From IMG/VR virus record IMGVR_UViG_3300048062_000147: DNA of 53,442 bases. One strand, written 5' to 3'. This document shows positions 16,171-22,140 of the stretch, one piece after another. Made by a program: the position numbers and the translations under genes. Every line of letters starts with the position of its first letter. Position 1 is the first letter of the stretch. The notes under the pieces are model-generated. The model did not search any database, was not told where the DNA came from, and saw nothing but the letters and a program-made list of their open reading frames with translations. The stretch is from a virus.

Positions 16171-17296
16171 ATATAGAGAGAGGTGTAAATAGCTGTTATA
16201 TTGTTAGGCTTGCCTAAACTAGAAGGAATGGAAGGTTTAGTTTGAGCTAAACCTTCTGTAACCCCCGTAAATATTAATTTGACTTTCTCCGAAAAAAGTT
16301 GTAACTTCGCTCTAGATTCCTCACGCAATCAGGATTCTTTCCACTTGAATCCTTCTTGCTTTATCTAATTACTCACCCTGTAGCTGGAGGGTCGTCGCCC
16401 CAAGCAGAGACCCGCTCAGCTACTTTGTGAGAGCGGCAAGAACTATCCCTACAGTAAACACCCCCAGATCCTGTCAGTTCGCACAGCTTTGAGTAGCTGT
16501 TTGCTCCTGCCAGTATCCTCCTTTCTCCTGCACGAAAACCTCCCCCGACTGGCTTGATCCTACTTAACAGCTTTATGTCCATTCAAAATCGCTCTAAACA
16601 GCTCATATACCCGTTAAAAAAGGGATGAGTAATGTTTAGGTGGGGGATAATATATAGTATAGGACGTTGGCGCACGCAATCCGAAGTGGAATCTGAAACC
16701 CCACCCCCTACAGATAAAGCATTGATTGTCAAAACTTTTAGCGTTTGCTATCTACAGTACTGGTTCAGCTATAGCTATGTAACTATCTGGCTTTCAGTCG
16801 GTTAGCTGATCCGGTGGAACAGACTAGTTGCCGGAGGTGTTCTGTCCATAGGTGGAACAATCCCCACCCCACCATACACCTCAACCCAACACACTCTCAC
16901 ACGCTCACACATCCACGCTCCTGCCGTTTCTCAGGGCTGATGGATACCAACCTTGGGGCAGTCCCTCACGTGCGCATAGGTCATACTATGGCAAGATTTA
17001 GATGCCTAGGTATTTACACTCAATTGTGAAAAAAAGTGTGTATAACCCTTGTGTAATCCAAATAGCTGTCGTACCATTGTAGTGTTGAAAGGGACAAAGC
17101 GCCGTAACGCTGACTCCGACTAGTTAGGTCTAGTGACGTTCTTTACTTATTGGATACTAAGTTATAATCAGTCTGATGAGGGGTAGCAATCTACTACCCT
17201 GAGTGCTTCGGCACTCGACCCCTGAGATGGGGCGAAACCACGGGATATGGGGAGCATATCAACTAATAACAGCGGAAGCGCTTCGGTGCTTCCGTT
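16171..17296 (+). ncRNA. Candidate large structured non-coding RNA / non-coding control region between the diverging arms
   Basis: About 1.15 kb without a credible ORF. By hand count, G+C is 100/180 at 16381-16560, against 18/60 in early gene sequence at 18361-18420. There are many local hairpins, including 16231-16256 (10 bp), 16331-16353, 16412-16436, 16481-16504, 16602-16629, 17180-17200, 17201-17216 (UUCG loop), 17219-17232, 17244-17260 and 17274-17293 (UUCG loop with a G-U pair valid only on the plus strand). The strand and the boundaries are inferred. Confidence 0.45.
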
Positions 17297-17313
17297 GGTT
17301 ACTGATAACTTAA
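17158..17313 (+). ncRNA. Hammerhead-ribozyme-like element (type I topology); predicted cleavage between U17300 and A17301
   Basis: Core C3-A9 is CTGATGA at 17173-17179, and G12-A14 is GAA at 17234-17236. Helix I pairs 17158-17172 with 17301-17312 (5+7 bp with a 3-nt bulge). Helix III pairs A17237-C-C-A17240 with T17296-G-G-T17299, including the A15.1-U16.1 pair. H17 is U17300. Helix II is non-canonical: a single G17180-C17233 pair closes a junction of three hairpins. Confidence 0.4.
17274..17313 (+). promoter_or_regulatory. Hairpin + 17-mer cassette 1
   Basis: Hairpin GGAAGCGC-UUCG-GUGCUUCC at 17274-17293, then a 3-nt spacer, then GGTTACTGATAACTTAA at 17297-17313. ATG 17326 is 12 nt downstream. 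No U-tract. Confidence 0.9.
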
Positions 17314-17325
17314 ATTATATGTCTT

Positions 17326-17529
17326 ATGAAGAATCCACTAGTAGATGTCAAGCCATTCGTATTCCGAGGTGATGTAATCGGAAAGGTATTCACCTTCGAT
17401 TTGGGCAACTACCTGAACTACGGAGTCATTGAGATAACCACCGACTTGAGCGGTGATATTGTAGATTACTCAGGTTGTGGTTACAACACGGCAAATACTC
17501 TGATTCGATGTGTGCATCTAACAGATTAG
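17326..17529 (+). CDS. Early small protein, unknown function
   Basis: 67-aa ORF between cassettes 1 and 2. Confidence 0.6.
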   Translation: MKNPLVDVKPFVFRGDVIGKVFTFDLGNYLNYGVIEITTDLSGDIVDYSGCGYNTANTLIRCVHLTD

Positions 17530-17540
17530 AATAGATTAAA

Positions 17541-17574
17541 GAAGGGCAACGCCCTTCGGTCACTGATAACTTAA
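17541..17574 (+). promoter_or_regulatory. Hairpin + 17-mer cassette 2 (C variant)
   Basis: Hairpin GAAGGGC-AAC-GCCCTTC at 17541-17557, abutting GGTCACTGATAACTTAA at 17558-17574. ATG 17587 is 12 nt downstream. Confidence 0.9.
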
Positions 17575-17586
17575 TACTATTGCTTT

Positions 17587-17757
17587 ATGACAACGCAACA
17601 AATCACCCCGAAACAAGCTAACGAATTACTCGATTGCATCCGTAGAGACCTCGACACCCTCATTGGATTGGGTGAGAGCTACGCACACTTTCAATCTGCT
17701 CAGGCTACCCACAAGTACCTGAAGAAAGCAAAGAAAGCCCTTGAGGGACTTTCTTGA
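17587..17757 (+). CDS. Early small protein (56 aa, below the ORF-track cutoff)
   Basis: MTTQQITPKQANELLDCIRRDLDTLIGLGESYAHFQSAQATHKYLKKAKKALEGLS. It fills the space between cassettes 2 and 3 exactly, with the standard 12-nt spacing. Confidence 0.6.
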   Translation: MTTQQITPKQANELLDCIRRDLDTLIGLGESYAHFQSAQATHKYLKKAKKALEGLS

Positions 17758-17766
17758 TTGACCCAA

Positions 17767-17798
17767 GCCTCCGATGGAGGCGGTTACTGATAACTTAA
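17767..17798 (+). promoter_or_regulatory. Hairpin + 17-mer cassette 3
   Basis: GCCTCC-GAT-GGAGGC at 17767-17781, abutting GGTTACTGATAACTTAA at 17782-17798. ATG 17811 is 12 nt downstream. Confidence 0.9.
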
Positions 17799-17810
17799 AA
17801 CTATTGCCTT

Positions 17811-18008
17811 ATGAACGCAAAAGAATTAATTGAGCAACTCACTCATCTAGCAAAGTCTAATGGTGTAGCACTAGAGAACATTGATGTTTACTACCGATTT
17901 GATTTTGATTCCGATATCGAAGATGTTAATTTCTTGTTCGAAGATTTATACGACCAAGAGACAAACAGCGTACTAGAAACCATAGTACTGACAACTAAAT
18001 CGGAATAA
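17811..18008 (+). CDS. Early small acidic protein
   Basis: 65-aa ORF, D/E-rich. Confidence 0.6.
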   Translation: MNAKELIEQLTHLAKSNGVALENIDVYYRFDFDSDIEDVNFLFEDLYDQETNSVLETIVLTTKSE

Positions 18009-18015
18009 CGATTAA

Positions 18016-18048
18016 GCCTCCTTCGGGAGGCGGTTACTGATAACTTAA
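18016..18048 (+). promoter_or_regulatory. Hairpin + 17-mer cassette 4
   Basis: GCCTCC-TTCG-GGAGGC at 18016-18031, abutting the 17-mer at 18032-18048. ATG 18060 is 11 nt downstream. Confidence 0.9.
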
Positions 18049-18059
18049 ACAAACGAATT

Positions 18060-18305
18060 ATGGACAACGTAAAAGAGCAATTGCTGTCAATGGAGATTGG
18101 TATCTACCAAGAAATCACATTCAGCAATGGTATACTTAAATCCACAAAAGAATTGTGCCGTATCGCAGAAGGCGAATGGGTAGTAGAATCTCATAGCTGT
18201 GGATGGTCTACAGCCTATATGAATCTAGATACAGCCGTAGCTTACCTAGAGGGAAAAATCAAGGGATACGAACTAAGATGGGAGGACAACGAAATCATCC
18301 TATAA
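18060..18305 (+). CDS. Early small protein
   Basis: 81-aa ORF. Confidence 0.6.
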   Translation: MDNVKEQLLSMEIGIYQEITFSNGILKSTKELCRIAEGEWVVESHSCGWSTAYMNLDTAVAYLEGKIKGYELRWEDNEIIL

Positions 18306-18310
18306 ACTAA

Positions 18311-18344
18311 GAGGTGCAATGCACCTCGGTCACTGATAACTTAA
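18311..18344 (+). promoter_or_regulatory. Hairpin + 17-mer cassette 5 (C variant)
   Basis: GAGGTGC-AAT-GCACCTC at 18311-18327, abutting GGTCACTGATAACTTAA at 18328-18344. ATG 18356 is 11 nt downstream. Confidence 0.9.
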
Positions 18345-18355
18345 TTAAATGCTTT

Positions 18356-18604
18356 ATGAAAAATCATTTCGAAGAAATTAAATTTCACATCTTACTTGCT
18401 GAATACACTTCAACGAGGATTGAAGAAATGTCTGCAAATCGGATATTCAATTCAGGTAAAGAAGAGGGTGAGGACTTTGAATTTATTTACTCTTTACAAG
18501 ATAACTACTTTGATAGAGTAATGAGATTGAGTGTAGGTCAATCTATGCCCTTTCTAACTAGCAGAGATGCATCTTGGTACTCTGTAATTGTTAGGGTAAA
18601 ATAA
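18356..18604 (+). CDS. Early small protein
   Basis: I moved the start to ATG 18356 (MKNHFEEIKF...). The track start at 18314 (GTG) would translate the cassette itself. Confidence 0.6.
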   Translation: MKNHFEEIKFHILLAEYTSTRIEEMSANRIFNSGKEEGEDFEFIYSLQDNYFDRVMRLSVGQSMPFLTSRDASWYSVIVRVK

Positions 18605-18614
18605 CAAGATTCAA

Positions 18615-18648
18615 GAAGGGCAACGCCCTTCGGTTACTGATAACTTAA
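18615..18648 (+). promoter_or_regulatory. Hairpin + 17-mer cassette 6
   Basis: GAAGGGC-AAC-GCCCTTC at 18615-18631, abutting the 17-mer at 18632-18648. ATG 18660 is 11 nt downstream. Confidence 0.9.
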
Positions 18649-18659
18649 AACCTTTTACA

Positions 18660-18854
18660 ATGGAAAAGCTAACAAACGAAATCATCGAACGCCTAGAATA
18701 CGTAGATGGAGATGGCGTTGAATTCGAGGTGTACCAAGATCCCGAAACCAACAAATTCTACCAAGTAGAGATTGAGATTGTGAGACACTTTGAATGTGCT
18801 GAAGAGGTGAGTGGGAACTCCTTTATTGATTTGGACAAGCTCATCGATTTTTAA
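18660..18854 (+). CDS. Early small acidic protein
   Basis: 64-aa ORF. Confidence 0.6.
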   Translation: MEKLTNEIIERLEYVDGDGVEFEVYQDPETNKFYQVEIEIVRHFECAEEVSGNSFIDLDKLIDF

Positions 18855-18861
18855 TGAGCAA

Positions 18862-18894
18862 CCCTCCTGATGGAGGGGGTTACTGATAACTTAA
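18862..18894 (+). promoter_or_regulatory. Hairpin + 17-mer cassette 7
   Basis: CCCTCC-TGAT-GGAGGG at 18862-18877, abutting the 17-mer at 18878-18894. ATG 18906 is 11 nt downstream. Confidence 0.9.
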
Positions 18895-18905
18895 ACAAAT
18901 GTATT

Positions 18906-19205
18906 ATGATGATTAATGCTAATGAGACTATGGTCTTTAACGATGTATTGATACACACAGCTAGAACTTGGGAGCGTATAAGGGTAGACCGAGAACATAA
19001 AGAAATGCCTTACGACAATATCGAGTCTTGCGACTGTATCGTATCTGTTGCTGGAGATATTTTTGAGTCCGAGCTGATTCAAAAGTTTCTAAAGTCTACT
19101 GCGAGAGAGCGTAGAGGATTTTGGGAAAGAGAAACCAAGGAAGGTTTCTCGGATGACTACATTGAGAACCTTGCACACGATAAGATATGCAATGACTACT
19201 TGTGA
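18906..19205 (+). CDS. Early small protein
   Basis: I moved the start to ATG 18906 (MMINANE...), which is in frame with the track ORF. Confidence 0.6.
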   Translation: MMINANETMVFNDVLIHTARTWERIRVDREHKEMPYDNIESCDCIVSVAGDIFESELIQKFLKSTARERRGFWERETKEGFSDDYIENLAHDKICNDYL

Positions 19206-19209
19206 TTAA

Positions 19210-19243
19210 GAGAGGCTAAGCCTCTCGGTTACTGATAACTTAA
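19210..19243 (+). promoter_or_regulatory. Hairpin + 17-mer cassette 8
   Basis: GAGAGGC-TAA-GCCTCTC at 19210-19226, abutting the 17-mer at 19227-19243. ATG 19256 is 12 nt downstream. Confidence 0.9.
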
Positions 19244-19255
19244 TTTTATTGAACT

Positions 19256-19477
19256 ATGCTTTACGCAATGTACTACCAACTAGGAAATACCATAACGTAC
19301 ATTATCTCAGGAGATAATTACGAGGACACCTACTACTACGAAATCGATGCCAACATCGATGATTGCAAGGTCATTGTATCGCCTTTCGATTGTGATGATT
19401 CACCACGATTTAGAGACTACATCAAGCACCTGATTGAACGTGCAACGCCAACCAGATTTCAAGTGGTGTACGAATAG
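19256..19477 (+). CDS. Early small protein
   Basis: 73-aa ORF. Confidence 0.6.
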   Translation: MLYAMYYQLGNTITYIISGDNYEDTYYYEIDANIDDCKVIVSPFDCDDSPRFRDYIKHLIERATPTRFQVVYE

Positions 19478-19482
19478 CAAAA

Positions 19483-19515
19483 GCCACCTTCGGGTGGCGG
19501 TTACTGATAACTTAA
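19483..19515 (+). promoter_or_regulatory. Hairpin + 17-mer cassette 9
   Basis: GCCACC-TTCG-GGTGGC at 19483-19498, abutting the 17-mer at 19499-19515. ATG 19526 is 10 nt downstream. Confidence 0.9.
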
Positions 19516-19525
19516 ATTGATGACT

Positions 19526-19894
19526 ATGAAAACTTTATTAGCTGTTATTGTAGCGCTGACCTTTGGGTCTTGCGCTCCAAATGTCTACGGAGATTTATAC
19601 GAGGTTACCAGCGTGGTAACTAAGCCGAACGAAGGACCTATCGAGGTCTACTCATCTACTAGAGATTTTGTCCGCACCGATATCAAAATGACCAACGACA
19701 GCATCTTCCTTATGGAGGCTGTAGGTCAGGACAACAAATTGGTGGTGACTCAATCATTCGATTACTTGAGTGTAGTGGACTTCAAAGAGGGCAATAATGA
19801 AGAAGGTGAGCCATTCGAACTCTCACTAATTAATGCCGACTCAACGTGTGTTACTACGTACTTGTTGTACGACTTGAATAACCACTACGAGTAG
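19526..19894 (+). CDS. Early lipoprotein candidate
   Basis: I place the start at ATG 19526 (MKTLLAVIVALTFGSCAPN...): a signal peptide with Cys at position 17. Confidence 0.55.
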   Translation: MKTLLAVIVALTFGSCAPNVYGDLYEVTSVVTKPNEGPIEVYSSTRDFVRTDIKMTNDSIFLMEAVGQDNKLVVTQSFDYLSVVDFKEGNNEEGEPFELSLINADSTCVTTYLLYDLNNHYE

Positions 19895-19900
19895 TCTAAG

Positions 19901-19934
19901 AGGGGCTGTTGCCCCTTGGTTACTGATAACTTAA
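19901..19934 (+). promoter_or_regulatory. Hairpin + 17-mer cassette 10
   Basis: AGGGGC-TGTT-GCCCCT at 19901-19916, then a 1-nt spacer and the 17-mer at 19918-19934. ATG 19946 is 11 nt downstream. Confidence 0.9.
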
Positions 19935-19945
19935 TTAAACGTATT

Positions 19946-20212
19946 ATGGACTACCCATTCAAAGAGGGTGATACTTACTTCACCCTAGAAGGAATAACCT
20001 TCGAAGAGCTTCAGCTGTTAAACAGCAATGGAGAGAACCCACAAATCTTCACAGTGGTAGAGAGCACTTGGGACTTCGTGAGCGAAGAGATGCACGATGA
20101 AGACCCAAACAAAGTGTACTTCAAAACACGTGAAGAGGCAGAATCTCGCAACATCACATTTGATGAACTTGCAGAGGCTGTTGAGGCTAGTGCTAAAAAA
20201 ATCCCTCGTTGA
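19946..20212 (+). CDS. Early small acidic protein
   Basis: I moved the start to ATG 19946 (MDYPFKEGD...). The stop codon lies inside the hairpin of cassette 11. Confidence 0.6.
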   Translation: MDYPFKEGDTYFTLEGITFEELQLLNSNGENPQIFTVVESTWDFVSEEMHDEDPNKVYFKTREEAESRNITFDELAEAVEASAKKIPR

Positions 20213-20234
20213 GGGATGGTTACTGATAACTTAA
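20201..20234 (+). promoter_or_regulatory. Hairpin + 17-mer cassette 11
   Basis: ATCCCTC-GTT-GAGGGAT at 20201-20217, abutting the 17-mer at 20218-20234. ATG 20246 is 11 nt downstream. Confidence 0.9.
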
Positions 20235-20245
20235 ACAAATGTATT

Positions 20246-20407
20246 ATGACTGCGAATGATTTTGCATCTATCTGCGCCAACGCTGAGGTATCTGCGTTTG
20301 TGGCGCTAGAGAACAAACGTGTTGTTGAGCTCCTGAAGAAGGACAAGAAGCAACCATCAATTAATAACCAACTAATCCTTTCTGGATTGTTACAAACAGA
20401 ATTTTGA
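20246..20407 (+). CDS. Early small protein (53 aa)
   Basis: I moved the start to ATG 20246 (MTANDFASICANAEV...). Confidence 0.55.
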   Translation: MTANDFASICANAEVSAFVALENKRVVELLKKDKKQPSINNQLILSGLLQTEF

Positions 20408-20408
20408 T

Positions 20409-20762
20409 ATGAACAAAGTAGATTTTATACAGCTGTTACAAGCGCACGACTGGACCTACCAGTACAGCGATGACCCCAGCAAGTACAAACGAGGTCAGGC
20501 TCAACGTGAAGCCATCAACAAGGCTAGAAAGGAGCTTGGCGTAGAGGGTGATGCCCTCTACGAAACCTACAGCAAAGTACCTGAGGCTAGAATCGTTATC
20601 CCGGTGAAAGCCGAACGCACTATGCCCAAGGTAATGTGCCGTAACACTGGTCGTATGGGGCACTTAATCGATAAGAGTCCGAACGGATTTATGGAGGTTA
20701 AATTCAGCGACGGATACCGCACGGAATTCCTACGCCAGACCGACATCATCAAGCTAGGCTAA
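20409..20762 (+). CDS. Early protein, unknown function
   Basis: 117-aa ORF that starts 1 nt after the upstream stop. It has no cassette of its own. Confidence 0.6.
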   Translation: MNKVDFIQLLQAHDWTYQYSDDPSKYKRGQAQREAINKARKELGVEGDALYETYSKVPEARIVIPVKAERTMPKVMCRNTGRMGHLIDKSPNGFMEVKFSDGYRTEFLRQTDIIKLG

Positions 20763-20786
20763 GTCTAGCGGTTACTGATAACTTAA
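20753..20786 (+). promoter_or_regulatory. Hairpin + 17-mer cassette 12 (weak hairpin)
   Basis: GCTAG-N7-CTAGC at 20753-20769, abutting the 17-mer at 20770-20786. ATG 20798 is 11 nt downstream. Confidence 0.85.
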
Positions 20787-20797
20787 ATTAATGTTTT

Positions 20798-21094
20798 ATG
20801 ACAAAAGACACAATGACCATTTTTTATGAGATTGAAAGAGAGGTTAAGCCTTTCTTTGACCAGGCAAGAATCAACCTATATGGTGATGTAGCAAAGACAT
20901 CGTTAAAAGGAACACAGCGAGATGAATACATCTTTGATGGGTATGTGGAGTATTTTAAATCAATACCCAAAGATAAAGTTGGGAAACGAACCTATGTATT
21001 TGGCAAGGTGATTAAGTATGGTAGGATTCTCAGCAAAAAGCATAACCATCCATACAATGTATTCGAGATGTGCAACCTTGTGACTAAGGAGTAA
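20798..21094 (+). CDS. Early protein, unknown function
   Basis: 98-aa ORF. Confidence 0.6.
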   Translation: MTKDTMTIFYEIEREVKPFFDQARINLYGDVAKTSLKGTQRDEYIFDGYVEYFKSIPKDKVGKRTYVFGKVIKYGRILSKKHNHPYNVFEMCNLVTKE

Positions 21095-21106
21095 AAACTA
21101 AACAAA

Positions 21107-21140
21107 GCCCCTCGCTGAGGGGCGGTTACTGATAACTTAA
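21107..21140 (+). promoter_or_regulatory. Hairpin + 17-mer cassette 13
   Basis: GCCCCTC-GCT-GAGGGGC at 21107-21123, abutting the 17-mer at 21124-21140. ATG 21153 is 12 nt downstream. Confidence 0.9.
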
Positions 21141-21152
21141 ATTTATAATCTT

Positions 21153-21620
21153 ATGGGATTAGATATGTACTTGCACAAGAAAACATTTGTGCGTAATTGG
21201 GACCATATGAAAGAGTCCGAAAGAAATCACGTGTCCGTAAAGGGTGCTGAATCAAAACACATCGTAGGCGCTAGAGTATCGGAGATTACCGAGCAAATAG
21301 CCTATTGGAGAAAGGCAAACCACATACACAATTGGTTTGTTGAGAACGTTCAGAATGGCGAAGATGACTGCGGTGAATACTACCTCACCGAAGAGCACGT
21401 TAAGTCGCTTAACAAAGCTTGTAAGAAGGTCTTGGATGACAATTCTTTAGCTGAAGAGCTGTTACCTACAGCTAGTGGTTTCTTCTTTGGGGGCGTAGAG
21501 TACGACGAGTACTACTTTGAATCAGTGTTAGACACTTGGAATATAACAAGTGCCTTGATTCGGGAGATGAAAAGTTGGAATAGCGTTAGAACTGACCTTT
21601 CTTACCAAGCTTCTTGGTAG
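21153..21620 (+). CDS. Conserved-looking phage protein (MGLDMYL...YWRKANHIHNWF motif), unknown function
   Basis: 155-aa ORF. Confidence 0.65.
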   Translation: MGLDMYLHKKTFVRNWDHMKESERNHVSVKGAESKHIVGARVSEITEQIAYWRKANHIHNWFVENVQNGEDDCGEYYLTEEHVKSLNKACKKVLDDNSLAEELLPTASGFFFGGVEYDEYYFESVLDTWNITSALIREMKSWNSVRTDLSYQASW

Positions 21621-21629
21621 AAAATTAAG

Positions 21630-21662
21630 GAGGGCATTGCCCTCTGGTTACTGATAACTTAA
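21630..21662 (+). promoter_or_regulatory. Hairpin + 17-mer cassette 14 (last copy)
   Basis: GAGGGC-ATT-GCCCTC at 21630-21644, then a 1-nt spacer and the 17-mer at 21646-21662. ATG 21673 is 10 nt downstream. Confidence 0.9.
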
Positions 21663-21672
21663 TTAAATGACT

Positions 21673-21936
21673 ATGAAATACGATTTAGAAGTAACCGGAG
21701 TAGTGTACACACAAACTCCTATGGGGACATCTTATAGATGCACAACGAACGTGGATGGTGTAACAATACACTACACTAGCATCATAGGGATAACCTTCAT
21801 AGAGGGCACGTGGTCGAAGATAAAACACTACCAGCACCTAACAGAGGCACAGCTAGAAAACCTGATCGATAAGTACGAGGAGAGTAAAAGCTTGCACGTT
21901 AACCAATTAAACAGTAGATTTGACTATGGAAACTGA
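21673..21936 (+). CDS. Hypothetical protein
   Basis: I place the start at ATG 21673 (MKYDLEV...), using the same TGACTATG context as 19526. Confidence 0.55.
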   Translation: MKYDLEVTGVVYTQTPMGTSYRCTTNVDGVTIHYTSIIGITFIEGTWSKIKHYQHLTEAQLENLIDKYEESKSLHVNQLNSRFDYGN

Positions 21937-22129
21937 ATTTATGCAGACCTTAAGCAAGGCTGAATTAAAAGCGGTTGAGCTTGGTTTGAGATTCCTATTG
22001 GATGACATAACCGAAGAGCTTAAGCACTACGAAGAGTCACGGATGGATGAAGCTGTGCAGACCTCAAGGGAGGTCTTAGAAGTACTTTATAGCGTACTTA
22101 AAAAGGTACGTGAAAAGGGGATGGAGTAA
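21926..22129 (+). CDS. Hypothetical protein
   Basis: I place the start at ATG 21926 (METEFMQ...). It overlaps the upstream gene by 11 nt. Confidence 0.5.
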   Translation: METEFMQTLSKAELKAVELGLRFLLDDITEELKHYEESRMDEAVQTSREVLEVLYSVLKKVREKGME

Positions 22130-22140
22130 AAGATAAGACT

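Noticed and set aside
16140-16328. 62-aa minus-strand ORF, and the 9-codon N-terminal extension (16144-16170) of the transglycosylase ORF
   Set aside because: These run through the TACCTTTG box and the 10-bp hairpin at 16231-16256. ATG 16143 with the TTTGCACTATG context is the better start.
16373-16582. 69-aa minus-strand ORF in the divergent region
   Set aside because: Its composition (G/R/S/C-rich, e.g. GGGFRAGERRILAGANS...CRDSSCRSH) is unlike any other protein here. It has no promoter box or start context. It lies in G+C-rich hairpin-dense sequence, so I treat it as non-coding.
16861-16920. C/A tract considered as a degenerate microsatellite or tandem repeat
   Set aside because: No fixed repeat unit can be aligned (CACAC, CCCAC and CTCAC are mixed). 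It is a compositional tract rather than a tandem repeat.
16814-17029. 71-aa plus-strand ORF in the divergent region
   Set aside because: It is largely a translation of the C/A-only tract (HPTIHLNPTHSHTLTHP) and is H/P/T/R/C-rich. It has no cassette-type or TAnnTTTG-type upstream signal.
17199-17228. Alternative hammerhead cores at CTGAGTG (17199) and CTGAGAT (17222) that would give a simple helix II
   Set aside because: Both lack the invariant G8/A9, and neither is followed by GAA in the right register. Only the 17173 core is complete.
17180-17233. Cloverleaf-like set of three hairpins considered as a tRNA or tRNA-like gene
   Set aside because: The arm lengths and loop sizes do not fit a tRNA. 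There is no GTTCRANYC T-loop, and the closing stem is a single base pair.
18314-20245. N-terminal extensions of track ORFs 18314, 18870, 19916 and 20216 reading (G)VTDNL(I/N)K(C/R)
   Set aside because: The shared peptide is just the in-frame translation of the conserved 17-mer GGT(T/C)ACTGATAACTTAA. The real starts are the ATGs 10-12 nt after the motif, as in the cassettes where the motif is out of frame.
17274-21644. Cassette hairpins considered as ordinary intrinsic terminators
   Set aside because: None is followed by a T-run. Each is followed directly by GGTTACTG, whereas the genome's clear terminators all carry T6-T8. A terminator role is not excluded but is not supported.
17274-21662. 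The 14-copy repeat array considered as a CRISPR array
   Set aside because: The conserved unit is only 17 nt. The intervals are 200-500 nt and each contains a protein-coding gene with a fixed spacing to its ATG. There are no cas genes.
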